Origin: Sphaerodactylus townsendi
Lineage: Eukaryota
Assembly (NCBI RefSeq): GCF_021028975.2
Contig: NC_059432.1
Span: forward strand, 29,264,001 to 29,328,000
DNA length: 64,000 nt
Direction of reading: 5' to 3'
The notes below the pieces were generated by a model, which saw nothing but the letters and a program-made list of their open reading frames with translations, did not search any database and was not told where the DNA came from. Shown here in pieces: positions 51,500-63,960 of this stretch. The translations under genes were made by a program, and so were the position numbers. The first letter of the stretch is position 1. The number at the start of each line of letters is the position of its first letter.

Positions 51500-52110
51500 T
51501 CAATCCTCTGCGAGAACAGGAAGATTCACCTGTCACGGCCAGGCAGCGAGAGGGAAAGGACTCTGCAGCCATGTCGTCCCGGGGAAGAAGAGGAGGAGGA
51601 AGATGCTACCCAGCCCATTCCCTTCCACCCGAACCAGGCGTGAGCGGGCGGCTCCCAGCCGTCGCCTTACCTGGAAGTGCCGGGTGGCTTTCGCCTTGTC
51701 CTCCGGGTCGGCGCGGTCCGGGTGCACCCGCAGGGAGGCCTTGTGGTAGCCGCGGCGGATCTCCTCGGCCGAAGCGCTGCGGAGTAAGCCCAGCACCTGG
51801 TACAAGTCCGCGGCGCCGAAAGCCTCGCGGCACTCCTCCAGCAGCCCCATCCCCGGGACGCCAGCGCGCGCCCGACCTGCAACCCACGGTTTTCCCGCCA
51901 GCCACGCCCCCCCCGCCTGCTTTATGGCCCGCGCCTGAAAACGTCGCAAAAGAGACAAAGATGAGGGAGAGTCATCATAGAGATGGGAAGGGCTAGAGCG
52001 ACACCTCTCTTTCAAGATCCTGGAAGAATACCCCCTAGAAAAAGAGAAGCGACGGTCGCGGTATCTTGAAAGGGGCGAGCGTAGAATGGCGGTGTGCACG
52101 ACGATGTCGT
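51500..52110. promoter_or_regulatory. DNAJC9 CpG island/promoter
   Basis: CpG-dense region over exon 1; E2F-like TTTCCCGCC at ~51891. Confidence 0.8.
51671..51850 (-). CDS. DNAJC9: DNAJC9 exon 1
   Basis: [21 protein letters not shown]...SLRVHPDR...ATRHFQ; donor CAG|GTAAGG. Confidence 0.96.
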
Positions 52111-52126
52111 TTTAAGAAAAGATGCC

Positions 52127-52240
52127 CTGAGCTGGGTAGCACGCTCAGGCCAACCTGATTTCGGCAGATCTCGCAAGCTAAGCAGGGTCAGTCCTGTTTA
52201 GTATCTGGAAGAGAGACCACCAAGGAATACCAAAGTCGCT
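52127..52240 (+). mobile_element. 5S rRNA-derived SINE head (second copy ~29125-29280)
   Basis: GATCTCGCAAGCTAAGCAGGGTC..TTAGTA..GGAAGAGAGACCACC..GGAATACC resembles the 5S internal control region but is diverged. Confidence 0.7.
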
Positions 52241-52899
52241 ACTAAGTTTCCATCTCCGGTTTGGGAAATACCTGGAGAGTTTGGAGCCTGGAGAGGGTGA
52301 AGTTTTCGAATGGAAAGGCCCTTGGGTGTGAATGCACAGAAGGCTGCAGGGGGGAGGGAGCAGAACTCTGCTTACAGAAGAAGAAAGAGGGGAGTGATGG
52401 TCCCACATCAAGCTGTCAACTTGTGCAGTTATTAGTCCATGGGGTCTCAGGAATAAACTCCAAGACTAAGATAAGCAAGGAAGACTGACAATACTTGTGT
52501 TGTCCTTGGAGGGCCTTTATACTAGATCCGACACAATTAAATATGATCCATGCGTTTTACAGTACAAATAGGTAATGAAGTACAGATGACTAAGCGTACA
52601 CCAAGGCTGATTTTTAGCCTTGTCGTCGCTTGAACTTGTGGCCTCCCTTCTCAGGTCATTCTACTTACCCTTCCCACTGGTACAAATGTGTATTGTGTGA
52701 GTATACCTTTAGTCACTTTACTAGGGCTATAATGCCAAAGCATGACAAAATATCCTCGGCTGCAGTGGATGCCTATTGAAAACCCCCAGTTATTCCAAGG
52801 AAGTTGGCAGAGAAGTACAATTTAAATGGAGTACAAATGCCATCTTGGAAGCATCCTTATTACATTTAGGTACCAACTTTTTGCAAAAAAAAAAAGAAT

Positions 52900-53057
52900 G
52901 GATGTTGTGGGTTTTCCAGGTTGTATGGCCATGTTCCAGTAGTATTTTCTCTGACGCAGGCAAAATGTCAGGAGAAAATACTACTGGAACACAGCCATAT
53001 AATCCAGAAAACCCACAACATCCTAGTGATTCCAGCCATGAAAGCCTTTGACAATAC
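52900..53057. mobile_element. Fold-back Penelope-like fragment (about 125-bp hairpin)
   Basis: GGATGTTGTGGGTTTTC..CAGTAGTATTTTCTC pairs with GAGAAAATACTACTG..GAAAACCCACAACATCC. Confidence 0.65.
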
Positions 53058-54563
53058 AAATTTAGGATGATTTACTTTATAAAAAAGCAGCAAAAGGGAA
53101 GAAGGATGGAGATGGAAGAAAAATCTAGATACCCAAATATACAAGCATTACTTTGTATACATTGCTACTGGCATTTATTAGGAAACTACAGTTTGACCAC
53201 AAAGAACAGTAAGCTGGGCAAAATGCACATTTTAGACTAACCCCAACCTCCCATTCAAATATCCTCCTTTCAATTTCAGCCCATTTTTGCATTTCAGACT
53301 TTTGTCCATGAAAGCACAGAACAAATTATTAAGAGATACATTGATCTGAAATTTAGAAAATGCACGTTACCAAAAGTGAGATGAGAGGAAGTGACTTATT
53401 TAAAGGAGATTTATAGTGACATATCAGTGACATGACAAGGCCTAGCAGAATTTGCAGAAGTGTTCTTGATTGAGTCTATTCATAGGGTAGCCATTGCAAA
53501 AAAGGTCTTCCTGGTTCTTTCTTGCTGCTAGTGTTCAAGTTTGTAAGATTTTTAGGCTACAGGAACCTGCTGTGCAATCAGTATGCTGATGATGCTCAAC
53601 AATAACCCAGATTCTGTAGTTTAAGCCCTTACAAACTGCACAGAATGAATATAACTCTAATCAAGGGAACCGGGTTTGATTCCCCAACTTCTTCACATGA
53701 AGCCTGCTGGGTAAACTCGGGCCAGTCAGTTTCTCTCAGAACTATTTCAGCCCACACAGAGACAGACAATGGCAAACGACCCCCGAAAGGGATCTGACCT
53801 TGAAAACCAACGGTGTTGCTTTAAGTCAGCTATGACTTGATGGCCAAACAAAACCTTGATGTTTAGTTTTTATATAGTTACAACTTGCATAGAAAGTGGA
53901 GCTACAGTAAGGTGGGGGTAGGTTGGAGAATGGGATTCTCACTCCACTGCACATCCTTGTTTTCAAACTGTATTGCATCAGAAAACTGAAATGCATTTTC
54001 TATTTTAAAAGACCCAACATGAAAAAAGTCTGTCTTCAGACTTGGATAAAATAATGAAGAAAGCTGAATAAAAGTCACGACATTTTAATTTGTACTATGC
54101 AATATAAATAATATGCATTGCTGGTACATACATACAAAAATGTAGATGAAAAAACAATTCAAAATTTTGATTCAGTAATTGTTAATTACAAGACTGAAAT
54201 TAGCAAATATACATGCTTTCTCCCGTGACTATGCATTATTTACATGCTGCATACCTTTGCAGCCCACAATCAAAGCACTTCTAATAAGCAGAAAGATGGT
54301 GATTTTATACATATAAGTTTTAATTTGTAAAAGAATACTTATTTACACATCGAAATAAGCATCTCTTCTCTCATGATCGGTCTTTGTTTTAATTCTCACA
54401 GCTTGATTTACCCTAATGGACAGTTTCCAGAAATTTAAAACCTAGTCATTTCAAGTTTCTTTTTCTCACACAATCTCATCTCAACTCCTTTCCAGCCAAG
54501 CATAATTTCAGAATGCAGTAATGACTGCACTTCAGAGGGACGCAACATAATTTACTTAACATT

Positions 54564-54806
54564 TTATTCTTCAGATTTTTTCACACTGTGTGCTGGTGAA
54601 GCCCTTTTGCTTCCCAATGGCTTTTTTGAAGTTGTAGCCTCCCTTTCTGAAGTAGTTTTTCTTGGAGTTTTCTTTTCTTTTGACATTTTCCTTCTATTTT
54701 TATGGCGTACAAGATCTTCACGGCCAATTTCCACCATATGCTCCTCCCATAACTTCATTTCATTTTCATACCGGATCTTATCATCTTCAGCAAGCTGATG
54801 ATATGT
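54564..54806 (-). CDS. TFAM: TFAM exon 7 (stop TAA)
   Basis: [34 protein letters not shown] plus basic tail. Confidence 0.95.
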   Translation of the reverse strand, partial: TYHQLAEDDKIRYENEMKLWEEHMVEIGREDLVRHKNRRKMSKEKKTPRKTTSEREATTSKKPLGSKRASPAHSVKKSEE

Positions 54807-56282
54807 CTAGGAAATAACACTCAGTAAGTTTTCTCAAGGAGGAGCTGATAGTATGAACAGAAGTTTAACAGAAACTGTAGGAACATTTTACCAAAACCTG
54901 AGGTATTTACCTCACAGAACTACAGGATTTTTTGAAATATCTTGGTACTCTCCACACACGAAGGAAATATTTATGTTGCACATTCAGCAACCTTCAGAAA
55001 CTGCTTGGGTGAACCCCTGGTATTTGCCATGTAATGCAAACATGCATATTTTTCCTACATATAAGTGTATGCCTCTTCAGGTACAGTTGTTAAGGTGCAT
55101 AACTTAAAGTTATGTGGTAATACAAGTTCTCATAATGTCTTCAGGAACACAGTCAAGGTATTTAGACTTTTTAGAGCCTGCTCACCCAAAAATACTAAAA
55201 CAAAGGCATTTGAAATTTTTTTTGCCAAACTTAATTAAGGTATTTAGTTTTTCTCAAAAATGTTGAAATCAATCAGTGAATGCATTTTAACATGCATGCA
55301 AAGGAAAACCTGAGGTGAATCCTTTTTCTTTTCTTGTTGAAGTGGAAAACCTTAATACAAATGAACTGCACCAGCTGAATCTCTCAACACAAATGCAAAT
55401 GTTGGTACCTTAATTACTCTGATCAAGAATGGCAGACTCTAACCTGGAGAACTGGGTTTGATTTCCCACTCTTCCACATGAAGCCTGCTGGGTGACCTTG
55501 AGTCAGTCACAATGACTATCTCAGCCCACATGGAGGCAGGCAATGACAAACCATCTCTGAAGATCTCTTGCCTTGAACACTACCGGGTCACCATGAGTCA
55601 GCTGTCACTTGATGGCACTTACCACAAGTCATTTTATGTTTCAATCCCTCAACCACATTTTAAAAAAACCTGGGAAAGCATCATAATAATGTCCTCAACA
55701 GTAGTTAACCACAGCTTCAATACAAGAGATGAGATTGTATCTCACCTTCCCATTTGTGAGTGGTGGGCTTTGCCCACATATGAGGAGGAGAATTTCTTAC
55801 TGACAAAAACTCCATAAGCCTTATGAATTAGCATTCTATAGGGCTCAAATTTTGGCAGGAGTGGAATAGTCACTGTTGGTTTGGATGCCAGCATTTTTGA
55901 CAAGGCAAATCCTTTTATTTTAGAAGATTTGAGGAACCAAATGTCTCTTCAATTGTTCAACTTCAAGAAACTGAAGTGAACATCTAGAAAACTATTAGCA
56001 TTGCCGAGGCCTACAGAAATGAACAAAATCTGTGGCTAGATGCAAAAAGCTAATATGGAGCCTGTAAAATAATCATAAGGGAGGAAATACTTTGTAAGAA
56101 ACAGGAGGGATTTGCAAAACTACTATCCCCACACACACAATTTTTGACCAGCTCAATCATATTCAAACACTTTTGCATGAATCTGAGTTTTATATCAGTT
56201 ACTGCTGCAAGATAACTTCAGCTACAAAACTAAGCATGGCATCTCCGATGACTAGACCACAAAAACAGTTCTATGCCCATAC

Positions 56283-56339
56283 CTGTTTTAGAGATGGTCC
56301 CAATTTTTGCCATTCTTCAAATAGATTTTTCATCTTTCC
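56283..56339 (-). CDS. TFAM: TFAM exon 6
   Basis: GKMKNLFEEWQKLGPSLKQ; TAG|..|GTATGG. Confidence 0.92.
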
Positions 56340-56469
56340 CTACAACAGAGAAAAAATATGCAAAAACATATGAAGATCAATGGAAGAAACATGCCCTACC
56401 CATACCTACTTTGCTTTATATTTTTCATTCAAGATACACAACATGTATAATGAGACTGTCAAGTTAAAA

Positions 56470-56748
56470 AGTTAAAGTTTCCCCTTCAGTCGTGTCCGAC
56501 CCTGGGGTACCACTGTGAGCAGTGATTTCATAGGCAAGCCTCTTTTGTGGGGTAGTTTGCCATTGCTTTCCCCGGCTATTCTTTCCCCCCTAGCTATGAG
56601 CTAGGTACTAATTTACTGACCAAGGAATGGATGGATGGCTGAGTTGACCATGAGCTAGCTCCCAGGATATCTGACCCACAGGAGGCTCAAACTCCTGACC
56701 GTGTGAGCGGCAGTGCAAGCACTTAACCACTATGCCAAGCGGCTCTTC
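56470..56748 (-). mobile_element. Sauria-type SINE
   Basis: CAGTCGTGTCCGAC..GGTACTAATTTACTGAC..GGCTGAGTTGACC..TTAACCACT pattern. Confidence 0.65.
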
Positions 56749-57735
56749 AGGTTACATATAACCAATATCATATAAGGATGCCATCTCATTGATAAGGCTT
56801 TGGGATCAATGGAGTACGTGCACAAAAACAACCATGACACAATCCTCATCCCCAACCCCAAGCAACCCAAACATCTCAAAAGTTATAATACCGGATGTTG
56901 GAGGACTCGCACGGATAAAACCCCACATGACCACCATAAAGCTGCCATGAGGAACCAGAAAAATTGGTTTCTCCTTCCTCCTATTAATGCAATCCATTCT
57001 ACTTGGTACCCTGGCCCACATTTTTTTTTGTCTATGCAGGTATTATACTACTGGGGTTGGCCTTTTAAAGGTCTTGGGCTATTGCAGGAAGGAAGACAGG
57101 CGAACCATATCCACCCTTACGTGCAAACTCTATGATGCACGGCATCATTTGGGAGGCAATCACAAACAGCAAGCAGATGGAGAGAGGGTTTTGTGCTGAC
57201 CATTTCTTCATTATGAAGCTTCTTCTTCAAGAAATCTGCCAAAGTCCAAGCCTGAGCACTATTTAGAAGCATTCAAAGATCAATTTTGGCTAGTTTTTGA
57301 ATGACAAAGGGACAGAATGTTTTTAACAAATTGCTGACCATTCCACATCTTCATCTAAATAAAAGAAAGGGAGTTACAAGGCCCGTGCAATTTAAAAAGG
57401 TTACTTTCCAGACCTTCTAGTTCCAAAGATGCATTTAAAAGAAATGGCAAATCACTATTTCCTGTCGCCAAATAAGTTGTTAAGCTAAGCTCACTTTTGG
57501 CATTTGGATTTGCAGAGATGCTGGCTAAAACAGGAGAAGACCTATATTTGCAAGCCATTCAACAGCAGGAAAGCCTGGGCTGTAGTATCAAGCGATTTCA
57601 GGCTGCAGCGTTTTCTACTGGGAAAGCCCAGAGGTTCCCAGTACCTTAAAACTATGCTATAAAAATAGATAAGTTTCATTTTTATTTTCAACATGAATAT
57701 AATCTGTTATTAAAACAAATGCTCTGCTCACTTAC

Positions 57736-57831
57736 CTGAACAGAGACTCCTTTAGCCTCTTGGAAGTGTTCAGACACAAAAATATTGAAGGCAGTACGAG
57801 GTCTTTTAGGTTTCCCAAGCACTGTTAATTG
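57736..57831 (-). CDS. TFAM: TFAM exon 5
   Basis: [32 protein letters not shown]. Confidence 0.95.
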
Positions 57832-59348
57832 CTTTAAAAAAAAGAAGAGCAGTAAGTAACTCTCTCATTTGATGGTGACACTGGTCAAAGGGTGACTATT
57901 ACTTTTGGTGGCAGCTCCTACTGTCTCATAGATGCTGTTCCCTGACCTGGGGTGGCTTTTGTGTTTATGTTTAGTTTTCTACATCAAGAGTCAATCAAAG
58001 CAGCATACATCTCTACTAATAATGGTGACTGCATTACATTCCTTCGCTCTGCTCTTTTTTCACACACTCCATGAAACCTTCTAATAAGAAAGACTGTCTG
58101 CAATGATAACTTGGCATTTCTGACACTTTCAAACATTTACATTGTTCAGATCAATATTAAAGGATTCTGCAAGTATGGAAGTATGAGGAACTGCCACCAG
58201 GAGAGGGATACTGCACCCCCTGCCCCCATATGTGAAGAAAACCGTACACAGTGTTTTGCACCTTGGCCTGCTATTTTCAGTTATACTGCTTTCTCAGGAA
58301 ACGTCTCACTAAAACATCAAGTCCATTTGAAACATTCCTAAAAGTTCACTTTAAAACTAGCTAAATTAGAGACCGATCGCTATTTTTGTGTGCAGGGCAG
58401 TAATTATATAGTACTGTTAAGACTGCAATGCACAGGGAATCATTTACAACTATCATAATACATTCTTTCTGCTCATCCCTTAAGGACGTGGTGTCCAACC
58501 CTGTCCCTCCAGATGTTCATGGACTAGAATTCCCATCAGCCTCTGCCATTTGTACAACACCACTGCCTAAAGACAAGGTAACAAAGTACGTATAAGCACA
58601 AATGCTGAAAATTTGCACCCATGTTAATCTAGCAATACCAACTGCCACTTCCAGCTTGAAAGATCCCACACAGAGATCTAAGATTATTAATCCAGTACAA
58701 GGGTTAACAGTACAATCCAGTACAAAGGTTAACCAAACAGCTAATCCAGTCTGAGTACATGGTCTTTAATGGGCTTACTCTGGAGTAATTCTGGACAGAA
58801 TTACATTATTATATTACTTCCAACAAACACCATTTCTAATCTGCCATTGGTGTATGAACTATTTTAGACATTAAGGGTTAGATCCAAAGAATATTAAGCT
58901 GCACTGCATTAACAGAACTTTTCTGCCTCCCATTCCCAAAATGATGTGCTTTGGGGCCAGGAGACAGGGCAGGGAGAGTAAAGGTCTAAAATGGGAAGAG
59001 AGAACCAGTGAAAATTGTTGCCTCGCTCTGCTGCGGGATACCCCGTACTCCTCTAGAAAAAGAGGTTTACATCCAGCTCGATAAGACTTTACAGCTCCTA
59101 AAACATAACAGCTTAGAGTTGATCCCCTCAATATGATTTATATTTTAATCCTAACACCAAGGCTGAAAATATATACTGGGTGTCAGACTGCTATATTCAT
59201 ATGTAATATGTTGCTTTCCCCTTCAATATACTAAAACAGCAACCAAACAGGTTATTTTCATTTTAAAAGTTGGATATAACAGATAGGCCATGCATATTCT
59301 GTAACTGATGCCAGATTTTGTTTTGTATTCAGATACTGAAACCCTAGG

Positions 59349-59849
59349 TAGCGAACCTATGGCACAGGCGCCAGAGGTGGCATTCAGAGCCCTCTCTGTG
59401 GACACGCGCAGAGGGCCCCCCCCCCATATCTAGGCTGGCCTGGGCCACTGGGCTCTATTATTAGCATTAAACCTAAGACCTAGTTTTGGGTCTTAGCAGT
59501 GTAGGTAACCCTGTTAGACGCTGTTAAACCCCACTGATTTTCATGCAAAGAACTAAAGTGCGATCCTTTACCTGAGAGTAAGCTCGGTTGCTGACAATGG
59601 GGCTTGCTTCTGAGTAAACCCTCCTAGGGTCGTGATTCACCCATTGGAAAAGTTGCATGGTTGCTTCAAAGCAAAGCCACCGACTACCACCAAGCTTACT
59701 CCCAAGTAATGCATGCCTCAGAGCCAACCTTTTTTCAAAACTAAAACCTCAGTACTCAGGTTAAATTGCCGTGTTGGCACTTTGCAGTAAATAAGTGGGT
59801 TTGGGGTTGAAATTTGAGCACTCGGTCTTGAAAAGGTTCGCAGTCATTG
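59349..59849. mobile_element. Second copy of the 49840-50360 hAT MITE, opposite orientation
   Basis: Reverse-complement similarity over about 500 bp. Confidence 0.85.
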
Positions 59850-59922
59850 CCCTAGTACAAAACTTAATAGAAGTATGTTTCATTCATTGTAATAATGAAG
59901 AGTTTACATTTTTAATACTAAC

Positions 59923-60072
59923 CCTTTTTCTCCTTATTGCTCTTCTTTTTGCCACTTTCTTTCTCTTTTCTTCTTTCAAAGCTTCTTCCTGGGCAGGAGT
60001 TAATTGGGCTTTGTATTTGGCCATCTGTACTTTGTAAGTCTGACTTTCAAGTTTTGCAGCTGCTTCATAAGA
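59923..60072 (-). CDS. TFAM: TFAM exon 4
   Basis: SYEAAAKLESQTYKVQMAKYKAQLTPAQEEALKEEKRKKVAKRRAIRRKR. Confidence 0.94.
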
Positions 60073-60254
60073 CTAAAAATACAAATAACCATGATTCATT
60101 TGAGGGGGCGGGGAGAGAGAGAGTATCAGTAACGGGTGTTAAGAATATCATTTTATCATCAACCCTGTAACAAAATTTACTTCCATACATACAATTAATT
60201 AGGGCTTTAAATTAATGGCTGGACCATGTCAGGAAATACAAAATTTCGATGATG

Positions 60255-60650
60255 CGGCTAGCCTCTACCCGGGCCAGGGCCTTTACAGCCCTGGCCCCTG
60301 CCTGGTGAAACGCTCTTCCTCCAGCAGTCCGGGCCCTGTGGGATCTTGGTGAGTTCCGCAGGGCCTGTAAGACCGAGCTGTTCCACCGGGCTTTTGGGGA
60401 GGCTGGCCGTGGATCAGCTGCCCCCTTGTGAGGCCCTCCACAGTGTCATCAGTTCCATCTGGCACTGCCTGTCCCTCCCAGCCTTAAGACTGGATGCCGC
60501 TAAGATGGGTTGTTATGCTGCATATTGATCTTAATGTTTTTAGGATTTTATTGGTTGTTATATTGTCTATGTTGTGAACCGCCTAGAGCCCTCCGGGGAT
60601 GAGGCGGTCTATGAAGTCCAATGAAATTAATAAATAATAAATAAAATGCA
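60255..60650 (+). mobile_element. L2-type LINE 3' end
   Basis: RARAF..APAW.NALP-type terminus, TTGTGAACCGCC..AGGCGG motif, (AATA)n tail. Confidence 0.65.
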
Positions 60651-60778
60651 TAAAGCATGAATTTTCTTTTTTTTTTAAAAAGAATTTTTCTTTTCCAAAG
60701 CAGAGAAGTGATATTATTAGTGGAAGTACAGTTAAATTGTCGTTCACACAAGGACAATAATCTAGAAGAGATGCTCAC

Positions 60779-60849
60779 TTGTTTGTCAGATGATGGCAGC
60801 TCCCTCCAAGCATGTGCTATCTGTTTTGTTATGTCCAAAGCACTTATAT
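60779..60849 (-). CDS. TFAM: TFAM exon 3
   Basis: DISALDITKQIAHAWRELPSSDKQ. Confidence 0.94.
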
Positions 60850-61734
60850 CTGAAAAAGAAAAAAGGTTCAGCTGCAAAAGTGAATGTTCTGCCAAATTTA
60901 ATCTTAAGCTGTATTCTTTCCAGGTAGTTACTCAAAGCAAGTTATTTCAGTATGCACATAAACGCAATTCATGAATCATGTAGAGGAACAGTAAGATCTT
61001 CCTCATTAAACAATACTTGGGGGAAAAAAGACAATTCAAAATAAAGTTGAAATTTTGATAAATATAATATTTACTTCTTTTTCAATTCAAAGAGATGTTT
61101 CCAGCTCATCATAGGAAATAAAAATAAGTTCTTAATGGGAATTTAGCTATGCTGAGCAGCATTAAGTTTTATGTCGCTTTAAATATCTCTGCTCATTCTC
61201 CTTTGATATGATTTTATGGTTAGAACTTCTGCAGAGGGTTTCCTCTCTAAGCCATTACACTAGAACCAACATTTCACCCATAACTGAAAAAGCCTACATA
61301 AGCCTAACTACAACTACTCTTTTTGTTCTTTTCCTCATTTCTAAAAGTTCCCCCTACTGAATTTTTTTGTATGTAACTCAGGACAAAGACCCTCCTTTTT
61401 GCATGTTACTCTATACAATATCATGCATACCGATTGCACTGAATGGATGATAAAACCACTAGTCTTGACAACATACTGTAACCCTCTGACAGCGTAAATG
61501 TAGGATTTTTCTAAGATATTATCAAAGCACATTGTTCTATTGTTTTGCATCTATTTAAGGCCTTTAACAAGAACAATTAGAATTATTTCACAAAACACAG
61601 CTGAAGCAAAGGCCTGAGAGAATCCTAGCAAAACGTGATGCATGAAAAAAGAGCCTAGAAGTTTTAAATAGCTTTTAACAATCAACAAATCACTCTGATT
61701 TTATGTGAGTTACTTATTTTAGTAACTTGCTTAC

Positions 61735-61865
61735 CTGGATTTTGTTTCTTATAAATCGGTTGCTGGTCTTTATAAAAGCGTATGTAGGCGGTCAGAGGCT
61801 GCTTCGGACGGTTAACTGAACTAATATGTTTTGAAAACCACTTCACCACACAGGTATTACTACAT
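61735..61865 (-). CDS. TFAM: TFAM exon 2
   Basis: CSNTCVVKWFSKHISSVNRPKQPLTAYIRFYKDQQPIYKKQNP. Confidence 0.93.
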
Positions 61866-62062
61866 CTTAATAAAAGCAAAATTATAAATATTTACACATC
61901 AATGTCTGACAAACTTTAAAACAAGGACACCACTTTATTACAAAGGACAAAAACAGCATTCTCTGAAATTCTCTGGAAGTACCATAATTACTTTTCAAAT
62001 AATTATAATTACAATCATCATTATAATTCTACTGTATGCTCAACCAAAGAAAACCAGTAATC

Positions 62063-62248
62063 CAGTGGTTCTCAACCTGTGGGTTGCGACTCCTTTGGGG
62101 GTCGAACGACCCTTTCACAGGGGTCGCCCAAGACCATCAGAAAACGGTCTTTTTATATTTTATATATACCAATTTTATGGTTGGGGGTCACCACAACATG
62201 AGGAACTGTATTAAACGGTCGCGGCATTAGGAAGGTTGAGAACCACTG
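62063..62248. mobile_element. SPIN/URR1-type hAT MITE
   Basis: TIR CAGTGGTTCTCAACCT; TTTAATACAGTTCCTCATGTTGTGGTGACCCCCAACCATAAAATT on minus; TSD CAGTAATC/TAGTAATC. Confidence 0.85.
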
Positions 62249-63027
62249 TAGTAATCCATTTCAGACATTCCGCATCTGCCCAAAGAGATCACCAATAGTT
62301 TATCTTGCACCAGAACATCTCCCCAGTCCAGCTAACTTTTTTACCACTAGACCAGAAGGCAAGAAGAACAAGAAAAATATCTTGTGCAAGAAGACCAGTA
62401 TCAGCATCATACTTGGACTGCTGCAGGACAGCAAGGCTCCACCATACTCTGCACAACAACAATGCACATGCTCAAACTTCGAGTGTGAAATATTCAAGAA
62501 TGAGATACACATAGACGCACAGTGAACCTCGGGACAACATTCTTCAACATGTCAATTGTTCTCTTTTTGTTTAACATCCCTCACAAGGTTGCTGTGCTGT
62601 GAGAATTACATGGAGGAACAGCAGGATAATTTTTTTTTACAGATAATACCCACAAGATACTGTTTTTGACAGTTACATATAAATGGCTTGCACTCTGAGA
62701 GTAGCTTTAAGCACTGTCTCCACCAGCAGTGTCGGAGGCTGGATTTATGCACTTGCAATCTTTATAAATGAACTCATTTTCCATTTATAAAAAGGGAAAA
62801 CGAGTTCACTTATAACTAATGCAACTCGTTATAAATAAGCTGCGCTGAATGGGCCTTAGTTAAGCTGATTTTCAAAGTTTAGCATTTAACCCTTTTATGC
62901 CAATAACGATACTGATGACGACTTACCCCATTTATACATTGTCTTTCCAAGACAGACCACCACTGCTTCAGTTTTTAAGCTGCCACAAGGCTCCTGCGTA
63001 TTTATACCTCTGGGGTTCTGTCTGCAC

Positions 63028-63117
63028 CAGGGGTCTGCAACCTGCGGCTTTCCAGATGTTCATGGACTACAATTGTAGTCCATGAGCATCTGGAGAGCCA
63101 CAGGTTGCAGACCCCTG
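63028..63117. mobile_element. Palindromic hAT MITE in TFAM intron 1 (relatives at ~47565, ~51290, ~58485)
   Basis: TIR CAGGGGTCTGCAACCTG; TSD GTCTGCAC/GTCTACAC. Confidence 0.8.
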
Positions 63118-63299
63118 GTCTACACGAGTCATGTTGCTCGCTAGTCACAGCCCCTCAGTCGCACCCAAGAAACACAAACCCCCTTTACGGAACAAATAAG
63201 GAGACGGGGGCCGGCAAAGGGGTGGTGGTAGGGTTAGGTTTGGGTAGGCAGAGAAGGGATAAGGAAGGAGGAATGGATGTCCCAGCGTGAGTTTGTTGT

Positions 63300-63960
63300 T
63301 GGGATCGTTTTTACCTGAGAATGTAACGCGGACCGGCCATAGTCGACAGGACACGGGCGAGCACCGAGGCCGCCATAGCACCGTCCCGGGTACTCTGACA
63401 ACAACCCCAACCCTCTCTGCCTCCTCACGCCTCACAGCAGCCGCCACCACGCGCCGCACGCGCGGAGCATTGTGGGGCAACCAACGCGCGGCCAAGCACG
63501 CAATCTTCCAACGGCAGGTAAGGCGCCAAACACTGGCACATGCGCCCAGCCCTCCTACCCGATTGGCGTTCAGAGAAACCCTCAGTTAAATAAAGTCTCG
63601 ACTTCCGGTTTCAAATTTTTTTCTCCACCGCCGCCATATGCGTGGCAGGGATGTGGCTCGAATTGCCACTCCTACATGTTTGGATTGGCTGGCCTTATCA
63701 CTCAGTTGGAAAGCGCGGTGATCATGCCAGTCGCACTGAGACTGTGACCTCTTGAGGAAAAGTTAAAGGACGGCGTGTTCGTCACAGGCGCCAAGGTTTC
63801 CTCTTTGAAAGGAAAAAGGAGATGGGCTGTCGCCCGGACGGGGGGCGGAGACAGCCTAATGTCGTCACTTGGCCCTCCCTCCCTCGCCTTTGGTCAAAAG
63901 GGAAGTGAGAACGTTAACGCATGCGCACTGGGCGAGGGTCGGTGGGAAGGAAGCTATTGC
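63300..63960. promoter_or_regulatory. TFAM CpG island/promoter with NRF-1-like and GABP/ETS sites
   Basis: GCACATGCGC 63536-63545 and ACGCATGCGCA 63917-63927 (NRF-1-like), ACTTCCGG 63601-63608 (ETS/GABP), CCAAT boxes on minus at ~63561 and ~63683; NRF-1 and NRF-2 control of TFAM is established in mammals. Confidence 0.75.
63315..63376 (-). CDS. TFAM: TFAM exon 1
   Basis: MAASVLARVLSTMAGPRYILR; donor CAG|GTAAAA; phase fits exon 2. Confidence 0.82.

Larger units (their letters stand above)
46272..51850 (-). other. DNAJC9: DNAJC9 gene span (5 exons, 780 nt, 259 aa; J-domain histone chaperone)
   Basis: J-domain with intact HPD motif; exons of 180/141/255/84/120 nt are phase-consistent. Confidence 0.96.
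54564..63376 (-). other. TFAM: TFAM gene span (7 exons, 810 nt, 269 aa; mitochondrial transcription factor A)
   Basis: Two HMG boxes (PKQPLTAYIRF; [14 protein letters not shown]), N-terminal targeting-peptide-like segment, exon lengths 62/131/71/150/96/57/243. Confidence 0.96.

Noticed and set aside
51493-52099. Long overlapping ORFs and an N-terminally extended DNAJC9
   Set aside because: GC-rich artefact; the conserved start is MGLL at 51850 and the longer ORF begins at GTG
52127-52240. 5S rRNA gene
   Set aside because: Diverged, lacks the 5S 5' end, not in an array; SINE head
63145-63495. 116-aa ORF as TFAM exon 1
   Set aside because: TTG start and wrong phase for exon 2; the ATG 63376 frame fits
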